Assembly (NCBI GenBank): GCA_054600435.1
Contig: BAAIJX010000036.1
Location: 186,001-239,949, forward strand
Direction of reading: 5' to 3'
Source of the DNA: Neophaeotheca triangularis
Lineage: Eukaryota
Length of the DNA stretch: 53,949 nucleotides
The position numbers were made by a program, and so were the translations under genes. Shown here piece after piece: positions 37,287-48,260 of the stretch. Within the stretch, counting starts at the first letter, position 1. Each line of letters begins with the position of its first letter. The notes beneath the pieces are model-generated. The model searched no databases. It saw only the letters and a list, made by a program, of their open reading frames with translations, and was not told where the DNA came from.

Positions 37287-37553
37287 GACTGCGGCCGTCC
37301 ACGACCCTCCAATGCTGAGACCCGGCACACGCTTTCGCGTGGCACAACCCCGATCCCACTAGAAGTCCAAACTCTAGTGCTCAGTAGTAATTAATTGAAT
37401 AAATCCAATTAAACCCATTGAAGGTGTTTACGGCGTCGAGACTCGAACGCGCAGCTTTAATGTTTTCTCTTTGTTGGGAGGTAACTAAAGACCCGTGACC
37501 CTCGGCGAGTGAAACGAAAGACCAACTTGACCACTTGACTAGAAGTCAATGGG
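37287..37553 (-). ncRNA. Putative Pol III / tRNA-derived structured non-coding element
   Basis: A-box-like TAGTCAAGTGG (37541-37531), B-box GTTCGAGTC (37448-37440), 8-bp closing stem, a GAAA-tetraloop hairpin, and T-runs below about 37287. It does not fold into an intact cloverleaf. Confidence 0.35.
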
Positions 37554-37875
37554 AGGATTCTGTACGTTTGTTTTATATACTCTTGTACCATTAATTCGAG
37601 GGGCGCGCGGTGAGGTGAGTGAGGATAAGGGGTATCGAGGCTTGGCTTCGGTTTGCCTTCACTTTGCCTTCACCTCACCTTCACTTTAGCAGTGTGTTGA
37701 AGGTGGTGTCACTCTAAGCTATGACGAAAGAATACTTTGCAATGCACATCGCCCTACCCGGCTACAGCATGTTGCATAGAAAGTTGAAAGAGAGAGCGAA
37801 TCGAATCGTATCGTGAGCAATACCTAATTCAAGCAAACGATTCCATTTCAACTCATCAATTCGCTGAACGACCGA

Positions 37876-40020
37876 TCAGAGCCAATCCTTTATTGCACGA
37901 AACCAACAAGGCGACGCATCCCCATCGGTAGCGGAGAGAACGCTCTTCTTCGACTCGCCATCCTCATTCAACTCCCTGCGTTCCGCCTGCGACCTCTCGA
38001 TAACTTCCATATCCACCCTCCTCTCCGCGCGCGTGCGAGCAATGTTCAGCCTCGCCAACTCATCAGTGATGTTCAAGCGAGCAAAAACCTCTGGCAGTTC
38101 TGGATCAGCATCCACGGCCTCCACAAGCATATCGGCAAGACTTTTGATTTTCAAAGGTGGATATTGAGGGTTCGCTTCCGCAGTCGCCGCTTCCCTGCGT
38201 GCCATGTTCCCCCTTTCGATTTGCGCGTCGACTACTATGGCGTTCTCGCGCCTTTTTTGCTGCTCGAGGGGTGAAGGGTTTTCGCGTGTCCACCGCTTGG
38301 CGAGTCTTAACTGTCGTACCTCTTTCTTTGCCTGCTTGACGATCCTTGTGGCAGTGTTGTGGCACAATTTCTCCAGGTTCTCATTAAGGTCTCTGGGCAG
38401 AGGGGGTAGTTGTTCTGGAGGATGACGGTACGCACATGACTCCGGCACAACACATGGGGGCAACAAGGCTAGCTTTGAGGACCGCACGTTTGGAGCCTGA
38501 TCACGGAAACTTGCATCCCCTTCGAAGAGGTTCGTTGCTTGTCGATCGATATTGGTATCTCGATCAGGCCTGGGTTTGGTGGATTTCCGAGCGAGAAATC
38601 GTTCAGCGACTAGTGCAGCCTGCAGCGCCTCGCGAGCAGTCGAGACCCGATCTTGTTGCGCTTCTAATTCTACAGCGCCAGTTCCTCGGATTTGCTCTGC
38701 AAATTGTTGGTTCTCCAGCGCAGCGTGCAATATTTCTTGGGCTGCCATTGTCCGATCGCGTTGCACTTCCAATTCATGAAGCGCTCGATCTTCCTCACCA
38801 CTGGTGATATCTGCAGGTTCGATGTCCGTGGCCCAGGCTCTGATATGCTCGAATCTGTCGTACTCGCGATCTAGCTCGGTCCATTCATCGGGAGGTTGCT
38901 CGCGGCGCTTGTCATTGACTTCTTGCCGCAGAGCCAGCCACTCTCCGTCTGACAAGAGATAGGCCCTTCCAAAGTAAATCTCGTCGGTGAAGTGTTGCTC
39001 GATTGGTTCCTAGACTGGCGCGCGAATACTTGTCAAGCGAGGCGCAAGGCGTTCCTTCATAGCGTGCGCATGCCTACAGCGGCGATCATATTGGGCTCGA
39101 AGGTGAACGAGGTCATGCATGTCTTCCAATTGCCGAACATCTGCCTAGAACGTGATGCGGAAGCGCTCAATATTGTCAAGATCGAATTGCCGAGCTGCAG
39201 CAACGGTTTTGAGAGTTTTGGTAGCGTCATCGAACGTCCACGAGCCAGATGGCCGCTTTTCTCGCAAGCTGGACACTGCAATTTCGGCATAGATAGAGCC
39301 ATGGGCTATGCCGGCACTGATGCTAACGTCGGACGACGTTTTAGGCTGGTCGAAGTGTGCTTCAAACATTGACGTATGTAGTGGCCCAAGTTTGCTGAAA
39401 GAAGGTTCGCGCATAGACACCGTGTACGTGAAGGAATAAAAGCGAGCGAAGCGCCACGATGATTTGTGAAGTAGTGATCGATACATGCGCACTGGGAGTA
39501 CGCTGCTTTTGTCTTGGTGGCGAAACACTTCGTCCATCGCATCCCGCCAAAAGGCTCGACCCCCGTTATTTTCGAGTGCAAGAGACTCAGCCTCGACTGC
39601 GCTGATAAATTGTGCTGTTAGCGCTCCATGGATGTTGAGAAGCTTTCGCTTCTGGAATGGCACATTCCACCAAATTGGTATCGCGCTCGCCAGCCGTGAG
39701 CGTAGCATGTGCAAAAAGAGCTTGTCGCGGTCGGTGTTGCCATCAGCGAAGACGCGGATTTGCAAAGGCGGCTTTCTCGTGTCTGAGCACGATTCGTTGA
39801 ACAAGCGTTGGACCACGGAAACGAAGCGGTCAATGTTCTTTGACTGTGAGCGAATCCAGCTGATGTCAAACTTGGCCTCGTTGATCTGAGCGTCGACACC
39901 TTCTTCGCCCTCGAAAGGATCGGGTTGGCAAGTGATTGCACCGATAGAACTCATGTTTGGGTCCCATATCTCGTACTTGACAGCGAAGTGGAAGAGGTCC
40001 CGTTGTTTAACGAATGCCAT
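37876..40020 (-). pseudogene. Orphan 2145-nt reading frame interrupted by two in-frame TAG codons (pseudogene or recoded gene)
   Basis: ORFs 39145-40020 and 37876-38955 share one frame. The linker is open except for TAG at 39147-39145 and 39012-39010. Confidence 0.55.
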
Positions 40021-40278
40021 GACGGAGCCTTTTTCTCTTAGCGGATGACAATTGCGAGCTATGAATGCAAACGTATGAAGGTACTAGTAAGGTAATGGCT
40101 GGATGCCGTGGACTCCGGATTCACGGTAGCGGAACTGTTGACAACATCGAAAGACGAACGTCCTTGTTCCCGGTGGCTGATGCCACACATGGACTGAAGC
40201 AAGTGCAAAGAGAGCTGTTCGATGGAGAAGGCGCTGGTTTAACGAGCTGCGACTGCTTCGGCAGACTGTCGAGTGTGC

Positions 40279-41008
40279 CTACGATCCCGTCTTCATCTTC
40301 TCCATGGCCTCCGCACTCGGCCTCACGTTGCAGACCGTCCCACAGTTGTGACACTTCCTCGCCTCTTCGTCCTTCTCAAATTCTTGTACCGCAGCTTTGA
40401 TCTGAGTACCCAAGTCTTTGCAGATGAAAGACCTTTCTGCGACCTTCTCTCCGCAACCCTGGCAATACCACCGCAAGACATCTTCTGCCGCTTCAGGTCT
40501 CGGCTGCTCTACCACGACGCCTACCGTATCGGCGAAACGCACCGGGTTGTGTGGTACATTGGCCGGTAGAAGAAAAAGCTCGCCTTCGTCAATGTAGATG
40601 TCCTCGAATTTGTCATTGTTCACAGTCTTGAGCAGCATGCGACCCTTGTGCTGGTAGAAGAACTCGGGGGTAGAATTTATGTGGTAGTCGCTGCGAGCAT
40701 TGGGCCCGCCAACAATCATTACTGTTAGAGGGTCATTGTGGACACAAAAGTTGTTGATCGGAGGTTTGAGGAGATGTGAGTTCTCTTTCACCCTACTGCT
40801 GTCAGTTCCGGCAAGGACAGTGCATCGTAGTAGGGACGTACCATTTCGGGATGTTGAGAGGCGCTGCAAGAGCGCCCGGCTTCACTGCTGTGGTCGTAGA
40901 AGCATACCAACGGATTTTTCCTACTGCCCGGAATGCTGGCGGCGCACGAGTTGCTCGTCGAGTTGCTTGTCTGGTCGTCGCCGCGACTGGGATCTTTAGG
41001 CTCTGCAT
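40279..41008 (-). CDS. BNA1: 3-hydroxyanthranilate 3,4-dioxygenase; exons 41008-40842, 40792-40279
   Basis: PLNIPKW|VKENSHLLKPPINN, VMIVGGPNARSDYHIN, PHNPVRF, WYCQGC...CHNC rubredoxin-like cysteines. Confidence 0.95.
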
Positions 41009-41651
41009 GTCGATGGGCACGAGAGATGGCGACTCTGCCCGCTATGGAAACGATCGCCTAGGATGGAGCGCAAGATATTACGCCCATGTAAACCGATATT
41101 GTGATCGCGACTGCACGTTCCTACCTCTTCATGGCTCGTATTTTACCTGGGACCTCCATCTCCATTACAAAGACGACTCCGAGCTGTCATAGCGAGGTCG
41201 GTCGTCACTTCAGGGACGGATCTATCCGCTGCTAGCTGACCTCACCCGGCAGTATCCAAGTAACTCCCGTTTCCTTCGAATATGCTGCCCATTTAACTTG
41301 AGGCCTTCTGCATCCTTCAAGGAGAGGGTTGAAGGAAGGAAACTTTTCTCAAAGGCATACATGGACAGTACCTAGGTACCTAGATACCACAGACTCAGGG
41401 ACATTTAAGCTGGGATGCTCCTGCATTCAAGACCCTTTTGATTTTGCGGTAACGTTAGGTAGGTGCTATTCTATCAAGTCGTGTTAGAATACACTATTCC
41501 GAATCAGGCATATCGCCAACCAACCGTCTCATGACCATTTGGCTTGCCAACCATTATAACGTTACTACACTCATTACCTCATTACCTGAGGGTTTAACTT
41601 CCTTCTGAAAGTACCCGGCGGTATTCTCCTCGTCCCTAGCACGCCGTTACC

Positions 41652-42447
41652 ATGGCAAACCCAGTCTACGACCACGACCACAGCCACATGATGGGCCACG
41701 ACCACAGCGGTATGGACATGGGGGGCGACCAACCCATGTGCAGCATGAACGTAAGACGACAAACCTAACACCCTGAAACCAACCAGGATCTAACACTTCC
41801 GATCCCCCAGATGATCTTCACCTGGGACACGGAAAATCTCTGCATCATCTTCTCCTCCTGGCGCATCACGTCGACCTTTTCTCTGATTCTCTCGCTCGCT
41901 GCCGTAGTAGCGCTTACAGCAGGCTACGAAGCTGTCCGCGAGCTGTCAAGGCGATACGAGGAAAGGCAAGTGGCTTCCATGGAGAATATGCCTCGTAAGT
42001 CTCTTCCCCTCCGCCGCCCTTCCCTCAGCCTCTTGTGTGGCGAAAGCTGCCCTTGACACCGTGCTTGGGCTTGATGAGCGCCGGCTTATATGGCTTGGTT
42101 TGTAAACAAGGCTCCCCCCCTCAACGAGTGCATCGTGATGGTGACAATGATGACGCAAATGAACGCCGCTCACTGCTATGGAATCTTGCAGGGAGCTCGG
42201 CGCTTGCGGAAGAGAAGAAGGGTAAATTGGTCAAGAGTGTGTTGTACGGGGTACAGGTTTTTTACTCGTTCTTTATCATGTGAGTATCTTGCATCGATCT
42301 CGCTGGTGTGACGAGCCGCTGACGATGTTCAGGCTGCTGTTCATGACCTATAATGGCTGGATTATGATTGCGGTGGGCGTCGGCGCGGCGTTGGGGTTTG
42401 CCCTGTTTAGTGGCGGGACAGTCACAAAGACTGCGGCGTGTCATTGA
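41652..42447 (+). CDS. CTR2: Ctr-family copper transporter (Ctr2-like), 4 exons
   Basis: His/Met-rich N-terminus, CSMN|MIFTWDTENLCIIF, YSFFIM|LLFMTYNG (MxxxM motif), C-terminal ACH*. Confidence 0.92.
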
Positions 42448-42505
42448 GTACTACTTGCTCGATCTGCTAACTTTTACTTAATTAATACCTGAATGGCAAT
42501 ATAAG

Positions 42506-44585
42506 CTAGAGACCTCTCCACGCAACTTTGCCTACGTGACCCGTCTTCTTTCTTGTGCTCTTCATTAAACCCAAGTACCTCATCTCAGCTAGACCACGCT
42601 GGAACAAAGCCACAGCCTCCTCTTCATCCGCAGCACCATTGCCCAGAACAGCTGAGAATGCTTGCCACAGATCGTGAACGTTGATAAGGCTCCCAGACTC
42701 AAGGTACAGCTGATACAGCACTGCCGTAGCCGGCTGAGTAGCACTCAAGGATCCTTCTTCCCCAGCCTCCTCAGCTTCGATCCCAGGTTTACAGCACTGA
42801 CAAGCGAGGTAGTCGTGCGGGCTTGCTAGCGCTCTCTCGATGGCATTTCTCGGTCGAGGCGTGAAGACACCCCGATGCGGCCACTCCAGATCGTAGATGA
42901 AGATCTCATGGAAAGGTAGTGTTTTCGGATCAATCAATCGTTGGTCAAAGTGCTCTGACAAAGCGTCTGTGAACTTGCGGAGAATCGCCGTGTAGGCTGC
43001 GTCCTGCTTTGAGAGCGTAGACTTTTGCTTGCTGAGCTCGACTTTCTGCGAGACAACCGTGGTGCGCAAGGTGCTGTTCGAAACGTCTTCGGCTGATTTT
43101 AAAGGCTGACTAGCCGTGAGCTCCTCGGCAGATAAGAGCTCGCTCAGTTCTTCGGACAGATTCGCACATGTCTCATGTAATAGCTTTGCGGTCTCAGACT
43201 TGAGGTGGGAAACTCCATTTAGTAGGCCTATCGCCACTTCTGAGGTTGATTTGCGGATAGACAGCAGCAAATTCCGCAGCAAAGCTGAGCCGTGAAGTTT
43301 GCCTGACATTGCTTGCACATACATGGCCGGTTCAGTCGACACAACGCTTCCCGGGAGCAAGGTCTGAATGTGTGTAATTATCTCGATTTCATCGAGAAGT
43401 CCCACCAGAAAGCCTTGTCCTGCGGATACATGGCGCCTTACGTGCTTGTCCAAAACTTTGTCGTCTTCCAGCAAATCACGAACGTAGTCAGTGTGGCCCT
43501 GATTCAGTAATGACTTTGCATGTTCCTGAAAAGAAGGGACGTTCCTCGCTGCCTCGTAGTGCTCAGAAGAAACCGTCTCAAACGGGACGTCTGCGACGAA
43601 AACGCTCAACGCATTCGCGTAGTAGTGAGCCATGTGTGCGTATTTTGCTGCTGAGGCGAAGGTCTCGACACTTTGGACGTAGTCGCTCTGGCGCTCCAAT
43701 TGATCTGCTACTAGCTCGGGGCCTATCCAAACCTTGTTTTCGCGCGTAATGGTCGTATGGAAGACACGCTGCAGCGTATTCTTGGAACCAGGTGCACCGA
43801 ACGCATTACCCTTCAGACACCTGATGGCAGATTGAGCTAGCCGTTGCTCGAGAAACTCGACAGATGTTGCGAGGCCAAGTACTAAGACGAATGGTATTCG
43901 GTCTCGCCAGCAGCTGAGGAGCTCTATCGCATCGGATAGTAGGTCACTGTCAAAAGCTTCCGTGTCAGGCAACACTAGCGCAACTTGCCGTAACTTCTGC
44001 TCGCGAACAAAGTTGCTAAGGGTGCGCAAATCGTAGCTGAGGAGCCTCGGCCCTTTGCGAGCTGCTCCACGACTCTCTTCGTGATCGTCCTCATCCTCGT
44101 CCTGGAAGTCGGCGCTGTTAGACATCGCACCTGAGATCAGCGTCTTGAGCAAAGATTTGAGGTTCGTAGCGGCGTTTGAGGGCACATTTGCAACAACAGA
44201 TCGAGGCTGGGCAGCAATACTGGCCGAGATTCTATCGAAAATCGGTCCATGAGTGGTTCCCGGAGAAGCTGTGACGAGGGCCGTAGGTATGGCGAGGGAA
44301 CCTCCATCCTCACAGGCCGCGTCTAGAAAGGTCTCGAGCTCCTGAACCGTGTTGTTGTTAACCTCACGTAGTGTCGCCTATGCATGTCAGTGGAAGCCTT
44401 TATGATATGAGATCGATGCGATACGCTCCACGTACCTCGATTCGTTCATGGTGTTGTTGCCATTGCTTCTGATATGCCTCCTTTCTCAGCCCCCAAGAAG
44501 CCTGCAATCCTTGGGGTTCTGTCCTGCGACGCTTTGCTGAACGCCCATCTTCCGGTTCAAAAACATAGCACTTTTCGTACTCCAT
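42506..44585 (-). CDS. ORC3: Origin recognition complex subunit 3; exons 44585-44436, 44377-42506
   Basis: MEYEKCYVF, DTEAFDSDLLSD, RIPFVLVLGLATS, PRPRNAIERALASPHDYLAC, LYLESGSLINVHDLW. Confidence 0.9.
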
Positions 44586-44883
44586 CAGCGCAAATGTGGG
44601 ATGGATCAGAGTCACACGCTCAGATTGTCATGTTATTGCAGCATCTTCATCCGGAAAACGCAGCAATGCTTGAAATCGAAGATCTAGGAGGTCTCACTTC
44701 CTACACTCCTGAAGAGGCAGGCAAAGGCGATGTAACGCGTGCAGGCCCCGGCCATACCCGGCGTGTTTCAAACATTTGGGAGGCTTAGTAAGCAGCACAT
44801 CACCCTGAAATGGAAATGTCGTTTCGTCTTATCTTCTGCAAATCTTTTGACTGCTACTTATCCCTCACACCTTGATGTACCAT

Positions 44884-47427
44884 ATGCTACCGCTCTATAT
44901 CAGGAGGACGGGGATCTCGCCACGAGTCTTTCAGCAAACATGCCGTACCGCAACGACACAAGCGATCAACCAGCCCGATGATAGCTCCCGAGGCGGTCGA
45001 CGTCGAATACGTGCAGCCCGAACCACCTCCCCTCCGTCGAGAGCTCAGGATGCGCCACAAAGATTGATTAGTCAAACAAAGACACAGGCTTTCGGGAGTG
45101 AAGATGGGATTAACTATTTCGACCAAGATCCGGAGACTGGTGAGCGGAGGAGAGTCGACAAAGACCCGGACGAAATGGAGGCTGAGTACATGAGGAAACG
45201 CATCAAAGAGATGGATGCCGAGCTTAAGACGTATGAGAGCGGTCAACATGGCGGACTGGACGAGTCTATTCTCAGTGTACTCTCTCCCGCCGAGCGTGCA
45301 AAGGTCACGAAAGCCTATGAAGAGCAGCAGAAGAGATTGTCGGCTGTTCTTGCGGATTTGACCGTTCAGCCTTTGGCTTGGTTCTCACAGAGAGAGGCCA
45401 ATGCGGTTACAAAACTCAACCAGGATCTCCAAGAAGTAGCGCTCCACCCTGAGAGTGCTCAAAAACTAGGCGATCTGAGGAAGAGGTACAAACGAGCATT
45501 GCTTTGCCTGCCCAGTATCATTAGCATTCTACCTGCGAAGGCTGAATCGCTAGTATGGCAAGCATTTGGAGCAGGACCTCATCGAGACGGCGACCTTGCA
45601 GGACTGGCGCACCAGAAGCAGCAAGCTGGGATTCCACTCAGCGTTGATCAATCAATAACCGCTATCGAGGCCAATTGGAAGAACGGAAACCGGGGAGAAG
45701 CTCTCAATTTGCTGCAGAGTCTTGAAACAGGCCCGCAACGTAACGACCTTTCTGTGCTGCGCTTGAAGGTATTCCTTTTCACTGACAGTAGGCGCTATGA
45801 CGACTGCCTTCAAACGCTGAAAACCATATTCGAATTGTCTCCACGTCACGACCCACGTGTTGTAATGCACCTTATTATCGGCGCGAGCGAAGGCGGGAGG
45901 ACGCATCTTTCGTTTGCAATGTACATTTGGATGCGCCAGCGCCTTGGGAACGACATGACGATGCAGGACTATGATGCCCTTTCACTACATTATCTCGTAT
46001 CAGGCAAGAAGGACCTCGCGCTCGCAGTCTTTCGCGATCTGATGTTCAGCATGATGCCGGCCGATGCGGTTGAGACGAAACCCGCTCAAGGTCGCGAAGA
46101 GATGAAAGGTCTGTACGATGTAGTGCTGGGCCGCCTGGAATTGTTACGGAGTAGCAGTAGCTCTGCGGAGGAGGCCAACAATCTGTCAATGAAAGCTCTC
46201 ACTGCTCTCCCAGCATCCTGGCAGAACAAGTTCTTTTACGCTTCGTGGTTGAAGAAGCTGATTGGTGGTGGACACATCGACCAGGCCGTGATGGTCGTCG
46301 AGCTGATGTTCGAGCGAGCTATCAGACCTGATGCCAAACATCTCAATGGACTCATAGGTGCTCTGTTCCGCACTGGCCTCGAAGCAGATAAAGCGCAGGC
46401 GAAGACACTTGGCTGGACGATGATACAAAGGCGGCTTGACTTTGTTCAAGAACAAGACAAGAATGGACAGCTCTCTGAAGCCATAATATCTGCTCGAAAG
46501 GAAACCTTGATAAGCGGACCGCGATCTGACCCAGCTTGGAAATTGCGCAAGATGCCACGAGCCAATATCGAGACTTTCTGCGTACTAGCCGAACACTATG
46601 CAGTCGACCAGAGCATGGACCAGTTACCCCAGCTGGAGCGTCTACTGGAAGCGGCAAGGATATCAATGAACACTTACTTCATGAACCAACGCCTAGTAGC
46701 CATGGAAAACGCATCAGCACACGACTTATGGGACAAAGTGTCTAACCAGTTCTCCAGAGTACAGCGAGACATGCAGACGTTTGGCATCCTCTGGAACCGG
46801 CAGATCGAGCTCTTGGTCCAGGTGCACCGCAAAAAGGCCGAGCCTGGTGGCTTCCCAACACCGCGACAGCTTCTCGCAAAAACGATCCGCTGGTCCCGCC
46901 ACCCAGGATCTGCAAACGTCGAGTATAAGGAACTTGAGCGACCATGGTACGAGACAATTATCCGATGCTTCTGCTTCCGCCGCGATGTCTCTGGAGTCCT
47001 GGTAGCCATGCACGCGCTTAGAGAGCAATTCGGAGTCTTCCCCGATGACGAAACCCGCAGACTTCTTATTGTGACGGTCGCGAGCCTCAAAAACGACGCC
47101 GAGGCCGACGGGTCGCAACGCACGGGCCGTGTGAGACTTCTAGGAGGCCGACGCTTCAAGCCCATCGAACACACCTTGGACAGAGTTGGAGCGGAGTTGG
47201 ACACGTTGATGAGACAGCGGGTGGCGCGTGGTGCGCTGGATGCTGATCAGGGATTGAACGATATCAACCTTTTGTCTGAGTTCTTGAAGCAGCACATGCA
47301 GAGGGCCTCCGGTGGCAAGAACGCGAGGGAGGGGATTCTGAAGGCCAAGCATGAAATAGGGGTCGAGGACATCACGACGGGAGATGTTTCCGTGCTGGAT
47401 GCTTGGGGCAAGGATTCAGCGCAGTGA
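44884..47427 (+). CDS. Probable mitochondrial pentatricopeptide-repeat (PPR)-like protein
   Basis: About 850-aa helical ORF with an Arg-rich N-terminus and PPR-like segments (VELMFERAIRPDAKHLNGLIGALF; RANIETFCVL). The start codon is uncertain (44875 or 44884). Confidence 0.65.
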   Translation: MLPLYIRRTGISPRVFQQTCRTATTQAINQPDDSSRGGRRRIRAARTTSPPSRAQDAPQRLISQTKTQAFGSEDGINYFDQDPETGERRRVDKDPDEMEAEYMRKRIKEMDAELKTYESGQHGGLDESILSVLSPAERAKVTKAYEEQQKRLSAVLADLTVQPLAWFSQREANAVTKLNQDLQEVALHPESAQKLGDLRKRYKRALLCLPSIISILPAKAESLVWQAFGAGPHRDGDLAGLAHQKQQAGIPLSVDQSITAIEANWKNGNRGEALNLLQSLETGPQRNDLSVLRLKVFLFTDSRRYDDCLQTLKTIFELSPRHDPRVVMHLIIGASEGGRTHLSFAMYIWMRQRLGNDMTMQDYDALSLHYLVSGKKDLALAVFRDLMFSMMPADAVETKPAQGREEMKGLYDVVLGRLELLRSSSSSAEEANNLSMKALTALPASWQNKFFYASWLKKLIGGGHIDQAVMVVELMFERAIRPDAKHLNGLIGALFRTGLEADKAQAKTLGWTMIQRRLDFVQEQDKNGQLSEAIISARKETLISGPRSDPAWKLRKMPRANIETFCVLAEHYAVDQSMDQLPQLERLLEAARISMNTYFMNQRLVAMENASAHDLWDKVSNQFSRVQRDMQTFGILWNRQIELLVQVHRKKAEPGGFPTPRQLLAKTIRWSRHPGSANVEYKELERPWYETIIRCFCFRRDVSGVLVAMHALREQFGVFPDDETRRLLIVTVASLKNDAEADGSQRTGRVRLLGGRRFKPIEHTLDRVGAELDTLMRQRVARGALDADQGLNDINLLSEFLKQHMQRASGGKNAREGILKAKHEIGVEDITTGDVSVLDAWGKDSAQ

Positions 47428-47996
47428 GTGAGTGAGTGAAACTTGTACCGTGTAATCTATCTCTCTGTACTCTCTGTACTATCTGTATCATACTGTATCA
47501 ATACAACAGCTTTGCTCAAGTCGATACCACTGCATCCGCCCGTCACTTCACAATGGCATCCACGCACGAGCCTGCCTCATCACGAGCCCGCTTCCCGCTA
47601 TCAAGCAGCGCAGTCATTCCGAGTGGGAACCCCAGCTGTTGTACAACATCTTATTGCGCCTTTCATTCTTGGTTTTGAGAACAACCCCCACCTCGACAGG
47701 CCGCAGGGGTACGTTCGACTTCGCTCAGGGCAGTGGTGGGTGGAGGGAAGAGTCCTCGGCGATGCGAGGGCGTTTGGCTTGCTTCCGGTGCAAAGCCCGA
47801 GAATGTCGAGATTCGATTTGTCCAGCCCTCTGTGCCGTCGTGCCGGGCGTCCTGGATTGCTAGCTTGCTAGTTCGGGTGGTCGGGGGGCACTTTTTTGTC
47901 ATCTGCCGTAGTAGTCGCTAGTGCTGGCTTTGATGTGGAAAGAAAAGGATATGCGGACTTGACAATGGAAATAGCATTGGTATTGGAAGTTTTTTT

Positions 47997-48077
47997 TTAA
48001 GCTACAGTGCACTTGAACGGCAAACCACACGGGCCCTCGCTCTTGTTTTCATCCCTCTCCTGCGGCTGTGTAGAAGT

Positions 48078-48121
<44 letters not shown>

Positions 48122-48260
48122 GCTGCTGCTGACCTTGCTCTTTCTTAGGCTCCTGCTTGGATTCCTGGCCGGCACCAGCAGTCGCAGCAGTGACGGCGTC
48201 GTCGTCTTGCTGCCTAACCTCTTCCTGAGGGGCCTGCCTTCCGGCGGCGCTGCCATCTAG
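47997..48260 (-). CDS. Predicted stop-codon readthrough extension (87 codons, Q18, C-terminal CaaX CTVA) of the PST2/YCP4-family gene
   Basis: TGA-CTA-G context; frame stays open to TAA at 47999-47997. Confidence 0.75.
48078..48131 (-). repeat. (CAG)3(CAA)15 trinucleotide repeat
   Basis: Seen directly; reads as Q18 in the readthrough frame. Confidence 0.95.

Noticed and set aside
47443..47921. Short ORFs between the PPR-like gene and PST2
   Set aside because: No consistent frame or motif; probably convergent 3' UTRs.
48002..48256. Poly-Asn ORF (minus strand) ending ...RSSAL*, a possible PTS1-like alternative exon using the CTAG as acceptor
   Set aside because: Using it would skip the last conserved flavodoxin exon. 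The frame continuous with PST2 (polyQ plus CaaX) explains the region better.
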